Assembly: GCA_041576165.1 (NCBI GenBank)
Contig: JBFGLM010000001.1
Coordinates: forward strand, 128,001-192,000
Reading direction: 5' to 3'
Source of the DNA: Acidimicrobiia bacterium
GTDB lineage: Bacteria; Actinomycetota; Acidimicrobiia; Spongiisociales; Spongiisociaceae
Length of the DNA stretch: 64,000 bases
The translations under genes and the position numbers were made by a program. How positions within the stretch are numbered: position 1 is the stretch's first letter; every line of letters begins with the position of its first letter. Positions 44,495-55,208 of this stretch are shown here, one piece after another. The notes under the pieces were generated by a model. The model saw only the letters and a program-made list of their open reading frames with translations. It had not been told where the DNA came from and did no database searches.

Positions 44495-44971
44495 ATGACC
44501 AGCGAGACCACCTGGCTCACGCCCACCGCTCATCGGAAGTTGGTGGAGGAGCTGGAAAACCTCACAACTGAAGGACGGCGAACGATCGAGGAGCGGATCG
44601 CCGAGGCGCGCTCCCACGGGGACCTCCGCGAAAACGCCGATTACGACGCGGCCAAGAACGAACAGGGCATGATGGAGGCCCGGATACGGCAGATCAGACA
44701 TCTGCTCGACACCGCCGAGGTGCGGGAGGTGGCCGACAGCGACGTGGTGACGGTCGGCAGCGTCGTGACCGTACGCGATGACGATGGAGACGAACTCGAT
44801 TACTTCGTTGCGATGCCCGAGAACAAGGTCGACGGCTATCTGCTGGCGTCCCCATCGGGACCGCTGGGGGAGGCACTGCTCGGAGCAGCCGAAGGTGACG
44901 ACGTCACGTACCAGGCGCCGGGCGGCAGCTTCACAATCAAAGTCGTGGGCATCCGACCCTTCGACGGCTGA
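44495..44971 (+). CDS. greA: Transcription elongation factor GreA
   Basis: ARSHGDLRENADYDAAK, EARIRQ, SPSGPLGEALLG. Confidence 0.93.
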   Translation: MTSETTWLTPTAHRKLVEELENLTTEGRRTIEERIAEARSHGDLRENADYDAAKNEQGMMEARIRQIRHLLDTAEVREVADSDVVTVGSVVTVRDDDGDELDYFVAMPENKVDGYLLASPSGPLGEALLGAAEGDDVTYQAPGGSFTIKVVGIRPFDG

Positions 44972-45054
44972 TCAGCGCCTCGAGGGCGGAACCAGGACTT
45001 CCCACAAAACCGGTACTCTGGCGCTGCTTGTGACCAGCACCAGGAAGGCGTCCC

Positions 45055-46428
45055 GTGCGTTTTCGCCTCCAACACCCGCGCCAGTTTGCCCAGCGTCTGC
45101 GCCAAGAGGCGCGGAAAAGCCCGCGCGACGTCGAGGACTACCTCGACGCCAATGCGGCTCAATGGGAGGCGCTGGTAGAGGCCGATCCGCATGACGCTGC
45201 CGACATTCTCGAGGAGCTGGGTCCCGACGCCGCCTCCGACCTGATCGAGACTCTGGACCCTGACCAGGCGGGTCCCGTCATCGAAGAGATGGGGACGGAA
45301 CTGGCCGCCGAGCTGTTCGATGAGCTCGAGTCCCGTGACCAAGTGCTGTTGCTGAGCAGTGTCGACACCGACACTGCGGCCGACATTCTGGGCGTCCTCG
45401 ACGACGACGATCGCCTGGAGCTGTTGGCCCTGCTCCCGAGCCGGACGGCGGCCGAGGTGCGAAGGCTGCTGCTATATCCGCCCGATTCAGCCGGCGGTTT
45501 GATGACCACCGAAGTTGCGTCACTCCCGGTCGGCCTGACGGCCGGCGAGGCGATTGAGCGACTGCGGCGTATGAATCAGGAGCTCGACGACCTGTCATAC
45601 GTGTATGTCGTCGACGATGACTATGTGCTGGTGGGAGTCGTTTCGTTTCGGGACCTCGTTTTCGCCCGTCCCGGCACCGGGCTCGACGAGACCATGATCC
45701 CCGAGCCAATGTCAGTCACCCCCGACGCCGACCGCGAGGCCGTATCGGACCTGACCCAGCGCTACAACCTGTTCGGTTTGCCGGTCGTGGACGCCGCGGG
45801 GCGCCTGATTGGGATGGTGCGTAATGAAGCTGTGATCGAAGCGATCCGGCGCGAAGCATCCGAGGATTTCGCGGCGGCAGTCGGTGCCGGTGTTGAGGAG
45901 TCGGTGTTCAGTCCGATCCACCAGTCGGTACGGATGCGTTTGCCGTGGCTCATCATGAACCTGGTGATGGCGTTGCTCGTCGCACTGGTCATCGAACGCC
46001 AGAGCGGGATCATCGAACAGCATGGGGTGCTGGCGGCGTTGATGCCGGTAGTGGCTTTGCTCGGGGGCAACTCCGGAGCCCAATCGCTCGCAGTAGTGAT
46101 CCGGGGACTCGCTTCCGATCAACTGCCCTCGAGCCGGGTTTCGTCAATCCTGGGACGGCAGGCCACGGTCGGAGCGCTCAACAGCATCCCGATTGGTTTG
46201 CTGGCGGCTGCGATCGGAGCGACTTTCGGCGGAATCGACTTCGCGATCATCATGGCGGTGGCCATCATGGCCAACCTGACGATTGCGTCGTTCGCCGGAG
46301 CTGCTATCCCACTCGCGCTCCGGGCGCTGGGGCTGGACCCGGCGCTGGCCTCGAACATCTTCCTGACGCTTCTCACCGACATCATCGGGTTCGGCGGTTT
46401 CCTGGCGGTGGCGTCGATCCTGTTGTGA
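45055..46428 (+). CDS. mgtE: Magnesium transporter MgtE
   Basis: Acidic N-domain, YPPDSAGGLMT, CBS pair, RLPWL, GGNSGAQS, DPALAS. Confidence 0.93.
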   Translation: MRFRLQHPRQFAQRLRQEARKSPRDVEDYLDANAAQWEALVEADPHDAADILEELGPDAASDLIETLDPDQAGPVIEEMGTELAAELFDELESRDQVLLLSSVDTDTAADILGVLDDDDRLELLALLPSRTAAEVRRLLLYPPDSAGGLMTTEVASLPVGLTAGEAIERLRRMNQELDDLSYVYVVDDDYVLVGVVSFRDLVFARPGTGLDETMIPEPMSVTPDADREAVSDLTQRYNLFGLPVVDAAGRLIGMVRNEAVIEAIRREASEDFAAAVGAGVEESVFSPIHQSVRMRLPWLIMNLVMALLVALVIERQSGIIEQHGVLAALMPVVALLGGNSGAQSLAVVIRGLASDQLPSSRVSSILGRQATVGALNSIPIGLLAAAIGATFGGIDFAIIMAVAIMANLTIASFAGAAIPLALRALGLDPALASNIFLTLLTDIIGFGGFLAVASILL

Positions 46429-46435
46429 GGCGGTT

Positions 46436-48022
46436 TCAGCCGGCTCGGGCGATGGGCATCTCCACGACTGTCCCTTCACGCCGCAGCATACGGGCGAACT
46501 CATGCACCACCTCGGCGTCGAAAAGGCTTCCGGCGTTGGCCTCGAGTTCACCCAGTGCCGCCGGGCCCGACAGTGGCGCCCGGTAGGGACGGGCCGACGT
46601 CATGGCATCGAACGCATCGCAGACCAGGACGATGCGGGCCAGATCCGGGATATCAGCGGCCCCGAGGCCGTCGGGATACCCGGTGCCGTCAAGGTGCTCG
46701 TGGTGCCAGAGGACGGTTTGAGCTACCTCAGGCGCCACCGATCGCTCCAGCATCTGGTACGCCGCTCGGGGATGCAGCCGGATCAACTTCCACTCTGCCT
46801 CGCCCAATGGCCCGGCCGCGGCAAGCACGGAATCCGGCAGCGAAAGACGGCCGACGTCATGCAACAACGCGGCAGCCCGGAGATGCTCGAGCCGGCTGCC
46901 CTCGACCCCGAGTCGGGCGCCTAGCGCCACGACCAGTTCGCCGACGCGCTCCGAGTGCTCAGCGAGCGATGCGGATCGCACCCGGAGCGCCTCCAGCAAT
47001 GCTCCGGTTGCGGCCCCAGGCCCACCCGCAGGTGACCGGCGGGGAGTCATGTTGGCCGAATCCACCGCTTCCACGCGGTTCTTGCCGCTTGCTTTGGCGC
47101 GGCGCAGCGCGGCATTCGCCAGGTCAACCAGCTCATCTCGATCAGCTGCGTGGTCCGGGTAGACCGCCACGCCGATGCTGACCGTCACCGGACCGACACC
47201 CGGAATGGCAGCCTCGGCGGTCGCGCGCCGGAGCCGTTCACCGGCCTGCAGCCCACCGTGTACGTCGGTCTCTGGCATCACCACGCCAAACTCTTCGCCC
47301 CCAAGCCGGCAGGCGACATCGACTTCGCGCGTCTCGCGCCGGAAGACTTCCCCGACCGCTCGTAACACCGAGTCGCCGGTGGCGTGGCCGTGCGTGTCGT
47401 TGATCATCCGGAAGCCGTCGAGATCCGCGACGACAATCGCGAGCGACCGTTCATAGCGGCGGGAGCGTTCGAGTTCTTCGGCGAAGCGATCAAAGAAGTA
47501 GCCGTGGTTCTTCAGCCCGGTCAGCCAGTCCGTCACAGACAGAGTCTGCAGTTGTGCCACGGTGCGCTCCAGTTCGATGTTGCGGGCGCGCTCCCGCTGA
47601 TAGAGGTTCTGCACTTCCTCCAGCACGGGGCGGCTGGCCTCCGCCGAGAGCAGCCCGGTGCCGGACCGCACCGCCCGGATGGCACCGACCAGCTCGGCCG
47701 GTTTGCCCTTGACCACGTACGCGGCGGCGCCGGCCGCCACCATCTCACCCAGCCGGCCGGCCTGGCTGAAGCTGGCGAGAGCCACGATCTCGACCCGATG
47801 ATCAACGACCTGGCGGATACGGTGGGCCAGCGCGGGCGCGCCCGAACCTGGTATGTCCATGTCGAGGACGACGACATCCGGCCTCATCGCCGCTGCGGCC
47901 TCGACGGCCGCCAGCTCCGTACCCACCCGGGCAACTACGTTGAATCCAGCAGTGGCGAGAATGCTCGACGACGCGGCCAGCGCCGTCGGATCAGGATCTA
48001 CCAGCATTACACAAATGTCCAC
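46436..48022 (-). CDS. Response regulator with REC, GGDEF and HD-GYP domains
   Basis: VVLDMDIP REC; DWLTGLKN, REVD I-site, GGEEF; LLHDVG, HHEHLDGTGYP, DAFDAMT. Confidence 0.9.
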   Translation of the reverse strand: MDICVMLVDPDPTALAASSSILATAGFNVVARVGTELAAVEAAAAMRPDVVVLDMDIPGSGAPALAHRIRQVVDHRVEIVALASFSQAGRLGEMVAAGAAAYVVKGKPAELVGAIRAVRSGTGLLSAEASRPVLEEVQNLYQRERARNIELERTVAQLQTLSVTDWLTGLKNHGYFFDRFAEELERSRRYERSLAIVVADLDGFRMINDTHGHATGDSVLRAVGEVFRRETREVDVACRLGGEEFGVVMPETDVHGGLQAGERLRRATAEAAIPGVGPVTVSIGVAVYPDHAADRDELVDLANAALRRAKASGKNRVEAVDSANMTPRRSPAGGPGAATGALLEALRVRSASLAEHSERVGELVVALGARLGVEGSRLEHLRAAALLHDVGRLSLPDSVLAAAGPLGEAEWKLIRLHPRAAYQMLERSVAPEVAQTVLWHHEHLDGTGYPDGLGAADIPDLARIVLVCDAFDAMTSARPYRAPLSGPAALGELEANAGSLFDAEVVHEFARMLRREGTVVEMPIARAG

Positions 48023-48108
48023 GAATCACCTCCCCAGCCTCCCAGGAGTATCGGCCGATGGGCGCGGGACTTGAACGCGAACAGTGGTTAGATCACGGAG
48101 TGTGGTGG

Positions 48109-48645
48109 TCAGGACCCGATCACGATGCCGGTGAGATCCGAGTACGGACCGCGGAAGGTGACATCCACCCCGTCCACCAGCTCCAGAAAGGTGTGTTGCT
48201 CGAGCAGCGCTTCCTGCTCCGGCGTGAGCTCGTCGGCCAGCGCCAACGCAACCACCTCCGGGTCGTCCACTACGGTGGCGGTGAGCGGCCGGAACCGGTC
48301 GACGATATCGAACACGAGGTTCTCGAGCTCGACATTGGTATAGGTTCCCGGCTCGACCAATACGACGAGCTCTTCTCCGTCGGTCGATTCGACGCGCTCG
48401 ACCACCTCATACGAGGGCATGCCTGCGACCAGGTTGGGAGCGTCTCCCGTCTCCTCTGCTGCCGTGGTTGTCGTCGTTGGGGCGGTGCTGGCGGGAGTGG
48501 TATCGGGCGCGGCGACCGTGCTTGGAGCCGACGTCGGTTCAGGGGCCGAGGTTGTGCCGGGCGTGTCCTCGCCCCGGTCACAGGCAGCAGCCAGTAAGAC
48601 CATCGCCGTCATGGCGCCGACCACGAGTGTCCTGCGCATGTCCAT
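48109..48645 (-). CDS. Hypothetical lipoprotein
   Basis: Lipobox LAAAC; Thr/Pro linker; acidic C-domain. Confidence 0.75.
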   Translation of the reverse strand: MDMRRTLVVGAMTAMVLLAAACDRGEDTPGTTSAPEPTSAPSTVAAPDTTPASTAPTTTTTAAEETGDAPNLVAGMPSYEVVERVESTDGEELVVLVEPGTYTNVELENLVFDIVDRFRPLTATVVDDPEVVALALADELTPEQEALLEQHTFLELVDGVDVTFRGPYSDLTGIVIGS

Positions 48646-48949
48646 CACACTCCCTTCGGCCAACTAACGCCGACGGTCGGCGGCGCAGTTCCCCTCCGAA
48701 CGATAGGAGCACTTGACCAGGCCGGCCGCAAGCGTCATGGTACCGGTTCCAGGGGCGCACCAACACGGGCGGTGCACACTTGGTCACCATTTGTGTTATC
48801 GGCGGTCAACCGCCATTGCCCGACACGTGCGGATTGTCCTAAATGTGATCTATTCTGTCGATGCGCTCAAATAGTTTTCGGATTCCAGCTCATTGGCCCG
48901 CCACGCGGGCCAAACATGTGCGTAGGATGACAAGGAGGATGGGGGTCAG

Positions 48950-50365
48950 GTGAGAGTAAAGCTGGGGTTCGCCATTCTCGGCGTCCTGCTGCTTGTGCCC
49001 GCCGTCGCGCGAGGCCACAACCAGCCTGGACGTACTGGCTGCCAGCCCACGACCCTCGAGACGTTGTTCCCCCCGACGACGACCAAAACGCCAGATGCCC
49101 CGAGCGTGTCGGTCGAGAACGGTCCTTCACTCAAGCAGCGCAAGCGTTCGCTGACCCAGTGCGCGTTCGTGTATTCGATGGTCTACCCGGTCGCGGTCGA
49201 ATCGCCGCGGATCTCATCTTTCGGCGCCGACCGTGACGGCGGCACGCGCAAACACAAGGGCACCGACATCGCGGCACCAAAGATGACCCCGGTGGTCGCG
49301 GTTGCCGACGGCGAGGTGCATTGGATCCGTGACACAATGGGCGGCGATTGCTGCGCGATGGGCGTGCGCCACGACGACGGCTGGCGGTCGTACTACATCC
49401 ATCTCAACAACGACACGTACCGGAGCGACGACGGTCAAGGATTCGGGATTGCTCCGGGAATCGAGCTGGGTAGCCGGGTGGAGGCCGGGCAAGTGATCGG
49501 CTTTGTTGGCGACTCGGGCAACGCAGAGACGACCCCACCCCACCTCCATTTCGAGCTGCGGACCCCTGGCAACGTCGCGATCGATGCAGCACCGAGCCTG
49601 ACTGCTGCCGCCCGGGCAATGAACATCGCAGCCCACAACGCCAACGGTGAGGTCGCCGTTTCCCAGCCACCCGACGGCGCACTGGCCGCCGACCTCGACG
49701 TGATCGGGAGCGAGGCGACCAAGGGCAAACAGGGCGCAGCCAGCGACATCCAAGGCACATCGTCGATTCCCCTCGGCACGTTGCGGACACCATTCCGCGG
49801 TGCGTACACCGACGACGACCTCTCGCGCCACGCAACCGCCATCGACCTGCTTGCGTCGGTGGGCGTGCTCACGGGATGCGAAACCGGTCTCGAGTTCTGC
49901 CCGACTCGGCCGGCCACGGGCGAGACCGTGACGAACTGGCTCGAGCGATCGCTGAACATAACGGTCGACCCGGCCCGCATCCTCACCTACGGATCCTCGG
50001 GCATCGATCTCGAGCAGGCCCTCATGGAACAGCTGACGGCCGGAATGACGACGGAGGCGATCCGGGGATGCAGCGACCGCCGCTATTGCAGCGACGAGCC
50101 GCTCACTCGGGGCGAGTTCGCGGCGCTGGTCGTGGGAGCGCTAGACCTGGGCGGCAGCGCCCGTGATTTCTTCGTCGATGACGATGGACATCGATTCGAG
50201 CCTCATATCGACCTGCTGGTCCGGGAGGGCATCTTCGATACATGCGCCGAGCCCGGATCACCCGAGTTCTTGCCCGACCAGCCCATCAGCCGGGGCGAGG
50301 TCGCGACCTACATCTCCCGGGTGGTCGGCCTCACTAGAAGCCTCTCTTGCGCCGGCATCGACTAA
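48950..50365 (+). CDS. M23 family peptidase with C-terminal SLH domains
   Basis: HKGTDI, YIHL, GDSGNA, PHLHFE; SLH-like LTRGEFA / ISRGEVA; signal peptide. Confidence 0.88.
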   Translation: MRVKLGFAILGVLLLVPAVARGHNQPGRTGCQPTTLETLFPPTTTKTPDAPSVSVENGPSLKQRKRSLTQCAFVYSMVYPVAVESPRISSFGADRDGGTRKHKGTDIAAPKMTPVVAVADGEVHWIRDTMGGDCCAMGVRHDDGWRSYYIHLNNDTYRSDDGQGFGIAPGIELGSRVEAGQVIGFVGDSGNAETTPPHLHFELRTPGNVAIDAAPSLTAAARAMNIAAHNANGEVAVSQPPDGALAADLDVIGSEATKGKQGAASDIQGTSSIPLGTLRTPFRGAYTDDDLSRHATAIDLLASVGVLTGCETGLEFCPTRPATGETVTNWLERSLNITVDPARILTYGSSGIDLEQALMEQLTAGMTTEAIRGCSDRRYCSDEPLTRGEFAALVVGALDLGGSARDFFVDDDGHRFEPHIDLLVREGIFDTCAEPGSPEFLPDQPISRGEVATYISRVVGLTRSLSCAGID

Positions 50366-50384
50366 TCAACCGCGCACGAGGGGA

Positions 50385-51194
50385 TCAGTTGGCCCCGAGT
50401 TCCTGCTCGACCAGCACCCGCAGATCGTCGGCCAACCGAGTGGTGACCGGTCCGCAGTCGAAGCTCCCGTGGTCCACAGCTGAGACCGGGGTCACCTCCC
50501 GCACCGTTGACCACACCATCACCTCAGCAGCCTCGAAGAGCCGTTCAATGCCCCATTCTCCTTCTCGCGCCGGGATGCCGGCGCCGGCGCAAAGCTCGAG
50601 CGCCACCCGGCGGGTGATCGAGTCCAGGATGCCCAGCCGTAGCGCAGGAGTTTCGACGATGTCGTTGTGCACCCATGCGATCGAGCTGGTGGGCAGCTCC
50701 AGCACCTGACCGTCGCGACCGATCAGCAACGCATCGTCGTATCCGTCCTGTTCTGCCACACGGGTTGCCGCCATGTTGGGCGCATACGACAGCGTCTTGA
50801 CGCCCGCCAGTTCCCACGCCGCCCCGGCCGGGTGCCACGGCGCCGGTACCGATCGCAGCCGGAGTGATTCCGCCCGCTCCGGCACCGCCAGCGGCAGTAC
50901 CACCACGGTGCTCCCGGCACCATCGGGACCGCCGGAGGCGAGTACGCGCACGGCGCAGTCCCCTGCATCGGCCGCCACCCGCTCCGACCACGCCTCGAGG
51001 TCGGCCCGGGCCGGCAAGGCGATGTCCAACGCTGCCGCGCTGCGAGCCAGCCGATCCAAGTGGTCCCCCAACCGGAAAAGGCGCCCGCCATACGACCGGA
51101 TCGACTCGAAGCAGCCGTCGCCGCGCGTCACCATCGGATCGAAGACCGAGATCGAGGCATCGGCACTGGCCGCACCGTTGACCAGAACCGTCAT
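50385..51194 (-). CDS. Aminotransferase class IV (PabC / D-amino acid aminotransferase-like)
   Basis: RGDGCFES, HLDRL, KTLSYA, LDSITR, STVRE. Confidence 0.9.
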   Translation of the reverse strand: MTVLVNGAASADASISVFDPMVTRGDGCFESIRSYGGRLFRLGDHLDRLARSAAALDIALPARADLEAWSERVAADAGDCAVRVLASGGPDGAGSTVVVLPLAVPERAESLRLRSVPAPWHPAGAAWELAGVKTLSYAPNMAATRVAEQDGYDDALLIGRDGQVLELPTSSIAWVHNDIVETPALRLGILDSITRRVALELCAGAGIPAREGEWGIERLFEAAEVMVWSTVREVTPVSAVDHGSFDCGPVTTRLADDLRVLVEQELGAN

Positions 51195-52900
51195 CCGCCC
51201 CGCCAGCCGTTGGTGATGGGCAGCCGCCGATCACGCCCGAAGGCCTTGGTCGTGATCTTGACGCCCGGGGCGGCTTGCCGGCGCTTGTATTCGTTGAGGT
51301 CGACCATCCGCGCCACGCGCCGCACGGTGTCCGGGTCGAACCCGTCGGCGATGATCTGGTCTATCGAAGCATCCTGTTCGATGTAGCGAGAGAGGATTCC
51401 ATCGAGGATCTCGTATTCGGGCAGGCTGTCCGAATCCTTCTGATCGGGTCGCAACTCGGCCGATGGCGGCTTGGTGATTATGGAGGTTGGAATGACTTCG
51501 CCCTTGGTGTTTCGCCACACGGCCAGCTGGTAGACCAGGGTCTTGAACACGTCTTTGAGCACGGCATAACCACCGGCCATATCGCCATAGAGCGTCGCGT
51601 ATCCCACCGCCATCTCCGATTTGTTGCCGGTAGCCACAACCATCTCGCCGTGCTTGTTCGATATCGCCATGAGCAGCGCCCCCCGAATGCGCGCCTGGAT
51701 GTTCTCTTCTGCCACCCCGAAAGGGCTTCCTGCGAACACGGGCCGCAACGCCTGCAGATACGCGGCGAAGATGTCGTCCATGGGGATCTCGTCGAACCGG
51801 ATGCCCAACCGAGCCGCCAGGTCCTTCGAATCCAGAACCGACCCCTCAGAACTGAAACGGGACGGCATCGTAACGCCGCGCACCGAGCCCGGACCGAGCG
51901 CATCTGCCGCAATCGCGGCAGTGAGCGCCGAGTCGATGCCACCCGAGAGGCCCACAACCACCTTGGAGAAGCCATTCTTGCGCACGTAGTCGCGCAGTCC
52001 TACCACCAACGCCTGGTACACCTCTGCGAGTGGCTCGAGCAGCTCGGTGGAGGCAGGGCTCGCCAGCTCAGCTGGAGCTTGGATCGGCTCCGACCGGACT
52101 GTGACAGTCTGGTTGGAGGTGGGCGCCGCAGGCACCTCTACGTCGACGATGAAGTTCATCTCGGCAAACGACGGCGCCCGGAACGCCACGCGGCCCGAAT
52201 GGTCGAACACGATGCTCCCGCCATCGAAGACCAGCTCGTCCTGGCCGCCCACCCGATTGAGATAGACCACCGGAACCGAGGAGACAACCGCCTGGCGGCG
52301 AACGAGCTCGATCCGTTCGCTGCCTTTGCCGTAGTGGAACGGTGAGCCGTTGATGTTGAGAAGGATTTGGGCGCCTGCTCGCGCCTGCCGGGCCGGTGGG
52401 CCGTCCGCTACCCAGATGTCTTCGCAGATGGAAACGCCCACCCTGACGCCGCCCACGTTCCACACCGCGTCGGCGTCGCCGCCCGGGGTGAAGTAGCGGT
52501 CTTCGTCGAACACGCCGTAGTTCGGCAGCAGCACCTTGTGGTAGATACCCCGGATCTCACCATCGTGCAGCAGCGCGCACGCGTTGGCCACAAACCGGTT
52601 GATCGCATCGTCGGGGGCCAGGTGATTGGCAACCGCACGATCGACGAACCCGACAACCGACGTGACGCGCTGGGCCCGTTCGGCCAGCCGGCGAACGGCG
52701 GCCAGATTGGCGTCGACAAACGCTTGGCGGATGACGAGGTCCTCCGGTGGGTAGCCGGTCACGGTCAGTTCCGGGAATACGAGTACATCCACCCGGTGCG
52801 ACTCGGCCCATTCCATCAAATCGGCAACGCGCGCTTCGTTGGCGCTGATATCCCCCACCTGCAGGTCGATCTGGGCACCCGCGACCCTGATGGTTTGCAC
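51191..52900 (-). CDS. nadE: Glutamine-dependent NAD+ synthetase
   Basis: FPEL..TGYPPEDL, ICEDIW nitrilase domain; GLSGGIDS, ENIQARIRG, TGNKSE, PSAEL. Confidence 0.96.
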   Translation of the reverse strand: MQTIRVAGAQIDLQVGDISANEARVADLMEWAESHRVDVLVFPELTVTGYPPEDLVIRQAFVDANLAAVRRLAERAQRVTSVVGFVDRAVANHLAPDDAINRFVANACALLHDGEIRGIYHKVLLPNYGVFDEDRYFTPGGDADAVWNVGGVRVGVSICEDIWVADGPPARQARAGAQILLNINGSPFHYGKGSERIELVRRQAVVSSVPVVYLNRVGGQDELVFDGGSIVFDHSGRVAFRAPSFAEMNFIVDVEVPAAPTSNQTVTVRSEPIQAPAELASPASTELLEPLAEVYQALVVGLRDYVRKNGFSKVVVGLSGGIDSALTAAIAADALGPGSVRGVTMPSRFSSEGSVLDSKDLAARLGIRFDEIPMDDIFAAYLQALRPVFAGSPFGVAEENIQARIRGALLMAISNKHGEMVVATGNKSEMAVGYATLYGDMAGGYAVLKDVFKTLVYQLAVWRNTKGEVIPTSIITKPPSAELRPDQKDSDSLPEYEILDGILSRYIEQDASIDQIIADGFDPDTVRRVARMVDLNEYKRRQAAPGVKITTKAFGRDRRLPITNGWRGG

Positions 52901-52991
52901 GGGCCCACCTTAGATGGGTGGCCAACGCCAAATCCCTCAGGTGAATCGGCGTTCGATGCGACGATATGATGACCGCCCCGACGAAAGCCAC

Positions 52992-54161
52992 ATGTCCGAC
53001 CTTCTTGCCCAAATCCGCCGTCTGGCGGGCCAAACCGCCGACGAGATGGTGGAGCTGCGGCGCGAGATTCACCGCCACCCCGAACTGGGCCACGAAGAGT
53101 TCGAGACCACCAAACGGGTAGCTCACGCGCTCAACGCGGCGGGCATCCAGACTCGCAGCCGTATCACGGCTACCGGGCTCATCGCAGACGTCGGGTGTGA
53201 ACGCCCGATCGTTGGCTTTCGGGCAGATCTGGATGCTCTGCCGATCGAGGAGCGCACCAACGTTCCCTACCGCTCCCAGGTCCCGGGCGCCATGCACGCC
53301 TGTGGCCACGACGCCCACACGGCCATCGGTGTCGGCATTGCCCGGGTGCTCAACCAACTTGACCTTCCGGGGACCGTGCGGTTCGTGTTCCAGCCGGCAG
53401 AGGAGGTTTTCCCAGGAGGGGCGTATGACCTGGTGCGCGAGGGCGTAACCGACGGCATGTCGTCGATCATGGCTTTTCACGTCGACCCTTCCATGAAGGC
53501 AGGCAAGGTGGGTTTGCGGGCCGGGGCGATCACCAGCTCATCGGACCGCTTCTCGATCGAGGTTGAAGGCCCGGGCGGGCACACAGCCCGCCCGCATGAG
53601 ACGGTCGATGCGATTCACGCCGCCGCCAAGGTGGTCACCGACCTGCCGGCGTTGCTCGATCGGCTGGTCGACGCCCGGCAGCCTTTCGCGGTGGTCTTCG
53701 GCCAGATCCACGGCGGCCACGTCGACAACGTCATACCGTCGCTGGTGACATTGTCGGGAACCTGCCGGGCGCTCGACCGTGAGCTGTGGGATTCGTTGCC
53801 CCTACTGGTGGAGCGGCTGGCGCACGAAATCGTGGCGCCGTACGGCGCCAAAGCGGTAGTCCGGTACCAGCGGGGTATACCCCCCGTGGTCAACGACCCG
53901 CACGTCACGACCACCCTCGAGCGGGCGCTCACGGTCGCCCTCGGCGACCAGGCCGTCGGGCTGACGATGGCCAGCTTGGGAGCCGAAGATTTCTCGCGCT
54001 ACCTGGAGGTCGTTCCCGGCTCCCTGGTCCGCCTGGGGGTGGGATTCGGGGAGGCTGCGCGCGATCTCCATTCAGCGTCGTTCGATCTGGATGAAGCCGC
54101 CATCGAGGTCGGGATCATCGGCGGGGCCTACGGACTGATCGAATTGCTCGCCGCCGGCTGA
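52992..54161 (+). CDS. M20 family amidohydrolase
   Basis: HRHPEL, RADLDALP, MHACGHDAH, FQPAEE, GGHTARPH, AEDF. Confidence 0.92.
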   Translation: MSDLLAQIRRLAGQTADEMVELRREIHRHPELGHEEFETTKRVAHALNAAGIQTRSRITATGLIADVGCERPIVGFRADLDALPIEERTNVPYRSQVPGAMHACGHDAHTAIGVGIARVLNQLDLPGTVRFVFQPAEEVFPGGAYDLVREGVTDGMSSIMAFHVDPSMKAGKVGLRAGAITSSSDRFSIEVEGPGGHTARPHETVDAIHAAAKVVTDLPALLDRLVDARQPFAVVFGQIHGGHVDNVIPSLVTLSGTCRALDRELWDSLPLLVERLAHEIVAPYGAKAVVRYQRGIPPVVNDPHVTTTLERALTVALGDQAVGLTMASLGAEDFSRYLEVVPGSLVRLGVGFGEAARDLHSASFDLDEAAIEVGIIGGAYGLIELLAAG

Positions 54162-54174
54162 CAGGCGGATTCGG

Positions 54175-55194
54175 TTATTCGACCTCAAAGCCTTCCGCAG
54201 CCAGCGCGTCCCGCAGCGGCTCGCCTTCACCCGGCCGTACAGACAGGGTGAGCACACCACCGCCGCCGTGCGGAGCATGGCGCAACTGCAGGTCCCGCAC
54301 ATCGGCCGACGAGGTCTCGAGGGCGCGGCCCACGGCGGCAATCTCGCCCGGTTTGTCCTGGAGCACGACTCGGATGCGCACGAGCGACGGAGCCAGGTTC
54401 AACCGCCGGTCGCGGGCCAGCGCCAGCCGCTGGTGGAGGCCGTCGAGGTCGCCGCTGGCCGCCACGTCCCGGAGCAATTCCAGCTCGGCGATGACCTGAT
54501 CAATCGCCTTTCCCAGCTGATCGGCGTTGGCCACGAGCACCGCCGGCCACCAGCCTGTATCGGACGCAGCCACCCGGGTCAAATCCCGGAAGCTGCCGGC
54601 AGCGAGCACGGCAGAGGTGTCGTCCTCCGCGACTCCGGTCAGCAGGGCCGCAGCCAGCAAGTGCGGGACGTGAGAAATCTGAGCAACCGATCGATCGTGC
54701 TCGGCTGCAGTCATCTGGCGCGGGTTGGCGCCCATCGAGGCCACGACGGCGCTCACCGCTTCGACGTCGCCCGGAACTGCGCCGTCGGTCGTTATCACCC
54801 ACGCCGCTCCCCTGAACAGCGAGCCGCTCGCCGCCCTGGGACCGGCATGCTCTCGACCCGCCATCGGGTGACCACCGACGAACCGGATCGCTCGTGGCGC
54901 GGCATCGACCACCGGTTGTTTGACGCCCGCCACATCGGTGACCAGCGCGTCGGTGTCGATCCGACCCAGGGACGAGAGGATCCCGTAGAGGGGGCCAGCC
55001 AGGAACACGATCTCTGCGGTAGCAACCGCCGACTGCTCGGATTCCGCCGGCTCGCTGATTGCTCCCATCTCCGTGGCGATCACGAGCGACTCCGGGTCGG
55101 TGTCCCAGCCGACTGTCCGCCACCCCAGCCGCGACAGCTCGAGCCCGATGGACGCACCAATCAGGCCGGTACCGAGAATCGCTGCAGTCCGCAT
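54175..55194 (-). CDS. tyrA: Prephenate/arogenate dehydrogenase with C-terminal ACT domain
   Basis: GTGLIGAS, DVAGVK, GGHPMAG, HD...SHVPH, FRDLTRVA, DKPGEI. Confidence 0.9.
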   Translation of the reverse strand: MRTAAILGTGLIGASIGLELSRLGWRTVGWDTDPESLVIATEMGAISEPAESEQSAVATAEIVFLAGPLYGILSSLGRIDTDALVTDVAGVKQPVVDAAPRAIRFVGGHPMAGREHAGPRAASGSLFRGAAWVITTDGAVPGDVEAVSAVVASMGANPRQMTAAEHDRSVAQISHVPHLLAAALLTGVAEDDTSAVLAAGSFRDLTRVAASDTGWWPAVLVANADQLGKAIDQVIAELELLRDVAASGDLDGLHQRLALARDRRLNLAPSLVRIRVVLQDKPGEIAAVGRALETSSADVRDLQLRHAPHGGGGVLTLSVRPGEGEPLRDALAAEGFEVE

Positions 55195-55208
55195 TGCCAC
55201 TGCCCGAG

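Noticed and set aside
48841-48862. CRP-like site AAATGTGATCTATTCTGTCG upstream of the M23 gene
   Set aside because: Only the left half-site matches; the TCACA half is absent
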